Shown piece by piece: positions 58,659 to 64,000 of a DNA stretch of 64,000 nt. Position 1 is the stretch's first letter; each line of letters starts with the position of its first letter. The DNA is from Gemmatimonas sp. (GTDB lineage Bacteria; Gemmatimonadota; Gemmatimonadetes; Gemmatimonadales; Gemmatimonadaceae), in NCBI GenBank assembly GCA_965279375.1, contig OZ257156.1, positions 3,200,001-3,264,000 of the forward strand, read 5' to 3'. Position numbers and translations under genes: made by a program. The notes beneath the pieces were generated by a model. That model worked only from the letters and a program-made list of their open reading frames with translations. It did no database searches and was not told the origin of the DNA.

Positions 58659-59909
58659 CTAGATGATCTTGTGTTGCCGCAGGCGCTGAATCTCGGCCGC
58701 CGATATGCCGAGCAGCTCGCGCATGACCTCCACCGTGGCATCACCGAGCGTCGGTCCCAGACTGTCGATGCGCCCGGGCGTCGCCGAGAGCGTTGGCACG
58801 ACGCCTGGCACCACGACATCTCCGATGCCCGGTTCATCGAAGCGCGCGAGGTTGCCGCGGGCGATGAAGTGTTCGTCCTCGAAGATGTCGGCGATGCTGT
58901 TGACCTTCCCCACCGGCACTTCCTCGGCCAGACACTTCGTCAGCACCTCGTCGCGCAGTTGACTCCCCACCCACTCGATCACGAGCTGATTGACGACATC
59001 GCGCGCCGCCAGCCGCTTGCGCTGATCGCCGTACAATCCGGACGACGCGAGCTGCGGTTGCTCCATCGCCACCGAGAGTCGCTCGAACATCTTGTCGGTC
59101 GTGCAGGCGATCGCGATCCACTTGTCGTCTTTCGTGCGGAAGTGCCCGTGCGGACAGGCCACGAAGCTCCCCGATCCTTCGCGCTCGCGAATCCGTCCAT
59201 CCACGCCGTAGGCAGCCGCGATCTCTTCCAACACGCGAAAAACGGCCTCGTAGATGCCAACGTCGATGATCTGCCCCTTGCCGGTCCGTTCCTTGTGGCG
59301 CAGCGCGATCATGATGCCGATCGCCCCGTACAGACTGGCGATGTAGTCGCCGAGGGGCACGGTGCCCGGAAGTACGGGCGTTTCACCCGGAAAGCCCGCG
59401 AGATAGTTCAAGCCACCGAACGCCTGCGCGATGTGCGCAAACCCGGAGCGACGGCGATACGGACCTGTCTGTCCGTAGCCGGATACCCGCAGCATCACGA
59501 GACCCGGGTTTGCGGCGCTGAGTTCCTTCCAGCCGAGTCCCCACTCTTCCATCGTGCCCGGACGGAAGTTCTCGATCAGCACATCCGATTTGGCCACCAG
59601 CTTGAGAAAGAGCTGCACGCCTTCCGGTTGTCGCAGATCGACCGTGACGGACTTCTTGTTGCGCGCCTCACTCAGCCAGTTGAGCGTCGCGTCGGGGCGC
59701 TTGGTCGGCGTGCCGAAGCGCCGCATCGGATCACCCGCGATCGGGTGTTCGACCTTGTACACCTCGGCGCCGAACTCTCCGAGCATCGATGCGGCGTAAG
59801 GGCCGGCGAGAAAGTTGCCGACGTCCAGCACTCGCACGCCGGTGAGCGGGCGTACCGTCTGGCCCTGCTCGGCCGCTGGTGCCGCCTCCGCGTCATTGGC
59901 TCGAGTCAT
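58659..59909 (-). CDS. smtA: Succinyl-CoA:(S)-malate/(S)-citramalate CoA-transferase subunit A
   Basis: Paralog of the adjacent gene; DVGNFLAGPYAAS, LNWLSEARN, RRSGFAHIA, ACPHGHF; GGGAG SD before ATG 59909. Confidence 0.88.
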   Translation of the reverse strand: MTRANDAEAAPAAEQGQTVRPLTGVRVLDVGNFLAGPYAASMLGEFGAEVYKVEHPIAGDPMRRFGTPTKRPDATLNWLSEARNKKSVTVDLRQPEGVQLFLKLVAKSDVLIENFRPGTMEEWGLGWKELSAANPGLVMLRVSGYGQTGPYRRRSGFAHIAQAFGGLNYLAGFPGETPVLPGTVPLGDYIASLYGAIGIMIALRHKERTGKGQIIDVGIYEAVFRVLEEIAAAYGVDGRIREREGSGSFVACPHGHFRTKDDKWIAIACTTDKMFERLSVAMEQPQLASSGLYGDQRKRLAARDVVNQLVIEWVGSQLRDEVLTKCLAEEVPVGKVNSIADIFEDEHFIARGNLARFDEPGIGDVVVPGVVPTLSATPGRIDSLGPTLGDATVEVMRELLGISAAEIQRLRQHKII

Positions 59910-60007
59910 CGCGTGCACTCCCACGAAAGCCTGAAGTTCGGCAGCGCCGATACGGGATCGGGCCGCCGCGAGTATTTTCCACTGAATCACTACCGTCACG
60001 CTGCGCT

Positions 60008-60025
60008 GCTGCAACTTTGTGCAGC
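60008..60025. promoter_or_regulatory. Palindrome in the smtA/meh divergent promoter region (possible operator)
   Basis: GCTGCA-ACTTTG-TGCAGC. Confidence 0.35.
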
Positions 60026-60056
60026 TCTTGAGCGCGCTTCCCGCCTTCGCCCTGTC

Positions 60057-60905
60057 ATGACAGAACCTGTGGTGGAGTATCGCGACTGGATAGGGCGCAT
60101 GGAAAGTCTTCACGATCCGCTCTGTCCAACGCAAGCAGCGGCTGCCGCTGCGACATTCGATGAGCCGGACACGCCCGTCGGCGTTGGTGATCCGCTGCCC
60201 CCACTGTGGCACTGGTTCTACTTTCTGCCTCGCGCGATGCAGCAGACGCTGAACGGCGATGGCCACCCCGCGCGTGGGGAATTCATGCCACCGGTACCGT
60301 ATCCGCGGCGCATGTTCGCTGGCGCGCGCCTCACGGTGCATCGCCCTCTTCTCATTGGGCATGGCGCGCAGCGAGAGGGCGTCATTCGTGATGTCGTGCT
60401 CAAGTCGGGTCGGACAGGAGCGCTCGCCTTTGTCACGGTGGGCTATCGCATCGTGCAGGACGGCGTGCTCTGTATCGAGGAGGAGCAGGACATCGTGTAT
60501 CGGGAGCCGGGTGTTCCGGTGGTGGCGCCGAATGTCACCGCGTTGCCGCCCCTCGCCCCCGGGGTATGGTCACGCATGGTTTCGCCGGACTCACGTCTGC
60601 TCTTTCGGTTTTCGGCGCTAACGTTCAACGCGCACCGAATTCACTACGATCGCGCGTACGCGATGGAGCAGGAGGGGTACCCGGGACTCGTCGTGCACGG
60701 GCCGCTGACCGCCATGCTGATGGTGGGTCTTGTGCGCCAACACTCGCCGCGGTCGGTTCGCGGCTTCACCTTTCGCGGCTTGGCTCCTCTCTTCGACCTC
60801 TCCCCGTTTCGGATTTCCGCCCGCCCGGTCTCGGATGACGTGCACTGTCTGGCGGAAGGCCCGGACGGAAAGCCGGCGCTCGAAGCCACCGTTCAGCTGC
60901 AGTAG
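60057..60905 (+). CDS. meh: Mesaconyl-C4-CoA hydratase (3-methylfumaryl-CoA hydratase; itaconyl-CoA hydratase family)
   Basis: WIGR, LPPLWHWFYF, DGHP.RG.F.PP, RRMFAG, EEQDIVYR, LFRFSALTFNAHRIHYD, GLVVHGPL; cluster context. Confidence 0.9.
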   Translation: MTEPVVEYRDWIGRMESLHDPLCPTQAAAAAATFDEPDTPVGVGDPLPPLWHWFYFLPRAMQQTLNGDGHPARGEFMPPVPYPRRMFAGARLTVHRPLLIGHGAQREGVIRDVVLKSGRTGALAFVTVGYRIVQDGVLCIEEEQDIVYREPGVPVVAPNVTALPPLAPGVWSRMVSPDSRLLFRFSALTFNAHRIHYDRAYAMEQEGYPGLVVHGPLTAMLMVGLVRQHSPRSVRGFTFRGLAPLFDLSPFRISARPVSDDVHCLAEGPDGKPALEATVQLQ

Positions 60906-61015
60906 CCCGTTCCGTTAGCTCGTGACTGCGAGGCGCGGCGTACGACGCCGTACGCCGTCTCGTGAATGTCGCGCGGCGTCACGTCTGTCGTCGTCCGTTG
61001 CCGCTCTCGATATCC

Positions 61016-64000
61016 ATGGATCAGTACCGCGTCCTGCAATTCGCGCCGGAAGGATTTCTCGTCCTCGACGCCGAGTGTCGCATCCGATTCGGCAACGCGG
61101 CGGCCGAACAACTCTGTGCCGCACGCGGAACGGAGTGGATGGGCGCGCTGCTCTGGCAGGCGCTTCCGGTCGGATCGCCGGAGTTGCTCGAAGCGTCGGT
61201 CCGTCGCGCGGCCGCCGAGCAAAACAGCGTGGAGTTTGTCGGCCGACACGAGGCGTCGGGCGACGAGTTCCGGGTGACGATCTTCCGCGCGGAGGACTGC
61301 CTCGTCGTGTCGCTGCTCGATCTCGAGGCGCTGCAGTCGACCGAGCGTGCGCTGCTGGCTCGAGAGGCGCAGCTGGAACGCGTACTTGTTGCGACAGGCG
61401 CGGCGGCATTCGACCTCGATCTCGTCACCGGCGAGACGTATCTCAACGCGCACTTCGGGGAGCTCTTTGGCTACCGCGAAGGAGAGGCTCCAACTGACTG
61501 GCCGTCGTACGCGTCGCACTTCGACGCGGACGATCTCCGTGCTGCAGAAGCCGCCGCGCATCAGGCGCTGCTCAGCGGCACATCGTACACCGTCGACTGC
61601 CACATCACGCGTGCGGACGGACGATCGGCGTGGGTGCGACTCCGTGGCGATGTGATGCCCAACGAAGAGGGACGTGCCATTCGGAGCTCGGGCACGGTGA
61701 TCGACATTACCGCCGAGCGCGAACGGGCGACGGCGTTGCAGGAGAGCCAGCGTCAACTCAGCGCGGCGCAGCGGTTGGCGGGGGTGGGCAGTTGGTCGTG
61801 GGACATTCGAACCGGCGCGGTCGCGTGGTCCGATGAGATGTTCCGCATCCTTGGCTATGATGTCGCCTCGGTGGCTGCGTCGTTCGAGCTGGTAACCGCA
61901 CTGGCAGTCGACGATACGCGGCGCGAGGAGTTCATGGCGCGCGTGCAGCGCTCCCTCGAGGGAGAGTCCGGATACGACTTCGAGATGCCGATGCGGCGTC
62001 CGGACGGACAGATCCGGCTGCTGCACACCCGAGGCGAGGTGGAGCGCGATGGGAGTGGCGCGCCCATTCGCATGACTGGCACGGCCGAAGACGTGACCGA
62101 TCGACGCGCGGCCGTCATGGCGCTTCGCCGCTCGGAGGAGGAGCTCTTCCGCGCGCAACGCATGGCGCGCATTGGCAGCTTCGTGCGCTCAGTGGAGACG
62201 GGATCGCTGTGGTGGTCGCCGATGACACGCACGATTCTCGAGATCGGCGACGACGAGGTCCCCACCCTCGAACTCGCGCTGACGCGCGTGCCGGCGGAGG
62301 CGGCGGATCGCTACCGACAGTTGGCGAAGCGCGCCGCGGAGACTGGTTTGCCTTACGAGATGGAGTCCGAGGCGGTGGTACCCAGCGGACGGCGGCTCGT
62401 GCTCCGATTGTCCGGCGAAGTGGATCGCGACGCGGAAGGACGCACGATCTCCATCCACGGCCTGCTCGCGGACATCACGGAGCAGCGCGAACAGGAGCGC
62501 GCTCTGCGCGAGAGCGAGGTGCGCTTTCGCACCGTCTGGGAGGCCTCGCCGATCGGCATTCGCCTGACCGACGCGCAAGGCAAGACGTTGTACGTGAATC
62601 CGCGTGCGTTGCAGATGTTTGCCTGCACCGAAGGGGAGTTTCTCGCGGAGCGCTGGCGTGATCATCTGCATCCGGACGACCGTGAACGCGTGGCGCTGGA
62701 AGGGCGTGACGCGGTACAGCGGGAGCGCGACAAGCGGGTGGAGTACCGTGTGATGCGGCCAGATGGACGGACCATCTACGTGCGGGCGACCATCGCCGCC
62801 GTGCGGGCACCGGACGGTCGTTTTGCGGGTCACGTTGGCGCACTCGAAGATCTCACCGAAGAAGTCGAGGCGCGGCGCGAGAAGGAGATGCTGGAGCAGC
62901 AGATGCACCAGGCGCAGAAGCTCGAGTCGCTCGGCGTGCTGGCCGGTGGGATTGCGCACGACTTCAACAACCTGCTCGTGGGTGTGCTGACGAATGCGAG
63001 CATGGCGCTGATGGACCTCTCGCCGGACGCCCCAGCGTACGAGACCGTGCGCGATATCGAACGCGCCGCCCAGCGCGCCGCCGACCTCACGCGGCAGCTG
63101 CTCGCGTATTCGGGCAAAGGACGATTCATCATCGAGCCGTTGTCGCTCTCCGAGTTGGCCGTCGAGATGACGCAGCTCTTGCGCACGGTCGTCTCCAAGC
63201 GTGCCACACTGCAGCTCGACCTGCACCACGAACTGCCACTCGTGCGGGGCGACGCCACGCAGCTGCGGCAAGTGGTGATGAACCTCATCACGAACGCCTC
63301 GGACAGCCTCGGCGAGTCCGACGGTGAGATCACGCTGCGCACGACACGCCAAGTGCTGCAGCACGGTATCCCCGACGCAATCAGCTTCGGCGGTCCGCTC
63401 GCCCCGGGTGAGTACGTGGTGCTGGAAGTCGCCGATACAGGCGTCGGTATGGAGCCCGCGACGATCCAGCGGATCTTCGATCCGTTCTTCACGACCAAGT
63501 TCACCGGGCGCGGCCTTGGCCTCGCGGCGACGCTTGGCATCGTGCGCGGTCACGACGGCGCAATCGGTGTGCGCAGTCGTCCGGGGATAGGCACCAGCAT
63601 GTCGCTCTACTTTCCCGTGTCCAACGGCGTGCGGCGCGAGGCTGCAGCCGGCCTCGCTGCTCCGCTCTCCGGTCACGGCGCGATTCTGGTTGTGGACGAC
63701 GACGATGGCGTGCGTGCAGTCGCTCGCGCACTCTTGCAGCGACAGGGGTTCGGTGTCATTCTCGCGGCGAACGGTCAGGAGGCGGTCGCACAGTTCGCGG
63801 CGCATCGGGCGGAAATCCGCGCGGTGCTGCTGGACCTGACCATGCCGGTGATGGGTGGCGAAGAGGCACTGCGGCGACTCCGAGAGGCGGACCCGACGGT
63901 GCGCGTCGTCCTGATGTCGGGCTATAGTGATGTGGACGTGGAGGGCACCTTTGCCAGTGCCGGCCTGTCCGGGTTCCTGCAGAAGCCGTTTCGCGCCGAT
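61016..64000 (+). CDS. Cytoplasmic multi-PAS hybrid histidine kinase / response regulator (3'-partial, absent from ORF track)
   Basis: ATG 61016 (MDQYRVLQFAPEGF) and the last codons (GFLQKPFRAD) share a frame; about 5 PAS segments; [35 protein letters not shown]; receiver VVDDD..LLDLTMP. Confidence 0.9.
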   Translation, partial: MDQYRVLQFAPEGFLVLDAECRIRFGNAAAEQLCAARGTEWMGALLWQALPVGSPELLEASVRRAAAEQNSVEFVGRHEASGDEFRVTIFRAEDCLVVSLLDLEALQSTERALLAREAQLERVLVATGAAAFDLDLVTGETYLNAHFGELFGYREGEAPTDWPSYASHFDADDLRAAEAAAHQALLSGTSYTVDCHITRADGRSAWVRLRGDVMPNEEGRAIRSSGTVIDITAERERATALQESQRQLSAAQRLAGVGSWSWDIRTGAVAWSDEMFRILGYDVASVAASFELVTALAVDDTRREEFMARVQRSLEGESGYDFEMPMRRPDGQIRLLHTRGEVERDGSGAPIRMTGTAEDVTDRRAAVMALRRSEEELFRAQRMARIGSFVRSVETGSLWWSPMTRTILEIGDDEVPTLELALTRVPAEAADRYRQLAKRAAETGLPYEMESEAVVPSGRRLVLRLSGEVDRDAEGRTISIHGLLADITEQREQERALRESEVRFRTVWEASPIGIRLTDAQGKTLYVNPRALQMFACTEGEFLAERWRDHLHPDDRERVALEGRDAVQRERDKRVEYRVMRPDGRTIYVRATIAAVRAPDGRFAGHVGALEDLTEEVEARREKEMLEQQMHQAQKLESLGVLAGGIAHDFNNLLVGVLTNASMALMDLSPDAPAYETVRDIERAAQRAADLTRQLLAYSGKGRFIIEPLSLSELAVEMTQLLRTVVSKRATLQLDLHHELPLVRGDATQLRQVVMNLITNASDSLGESDGEITLRTTRQVLQHGIPDAISFGGPLAPGEYVVLEVADTGVGMEPATIQRIFDPFFTTKFTGRGLGLAATLGIVRGHDGAIGVRSRPGIGTSMSLYFPVSNGVRREAAAGLAAPLSGHGAILVVDDDDGVRAVARALLQRQGFGVILAANGQEAVAQFAAHRAEIRAVLLDLTMPVMGGEEALRRLREADPTVRVVLMSGYSDVDVEGTFASAGLSGFLQKPFRAD

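Noticed and set aside
58611..60905. ORF-track 764-aa (+) and 567-aa (-, 58659-60362) proteins suggesting fusions or overlap of meh and smtA
   Set aside because: The extensions are antisense read-through; family homology starts at ATG 60057 (meh) and ATG 59909 (smtA).

Overview
High-GC bacterial chromosomal window. Gene content and style (PD40-repeat Ser/Thr kinase, Oar-type TonB receptor, FlgD-Ig secretion tail, multi-PAS hybrid kinases) suggest Gemmatimonadota; this taxonomy is an inference. Bases 1-33 kb are mostly core genome: S41 protease; a minus-strand run rsfS / peptidase-PD40-Omp85 / two SPOR proteins / smc / FlgD-tail protein / RNase Z-like / aroF / lolA; rpsF-rpsR-DUF2232-rplI; SRAP; prs-rplY-pth-(two hydrolases)-ychF; a TonB receptor; and tRNA-Gln(UUG). 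Bases 33-53 kb are accessory envelope, signalling and metabolic genes. Two loci stand out. (1) 53974-60905 carries mch-mcl-mct-smtB-smtA plus divergent meh, the Chloroflexus-type glyoxylate-assimilation half of the 3-hydroxypropionate bi-cycle; mcr and pcs are not in the window. (2) 50272-53990 is an uncharacterised five-gene operon (split DUF4331, TPR, HupE/UreJ, DUF6702-like) with predicted metal-binding mature N-termini and an ECF-like promoter. A ~995-codon PAS hybrid kinase missing from the ORF track runs off the right edge. No IS element, integrase, prophage, CRISPR array or rRNA was seen. Family calls come from motif recognition and memory, not database searches. Several starts were moved by hand from the ORF track.
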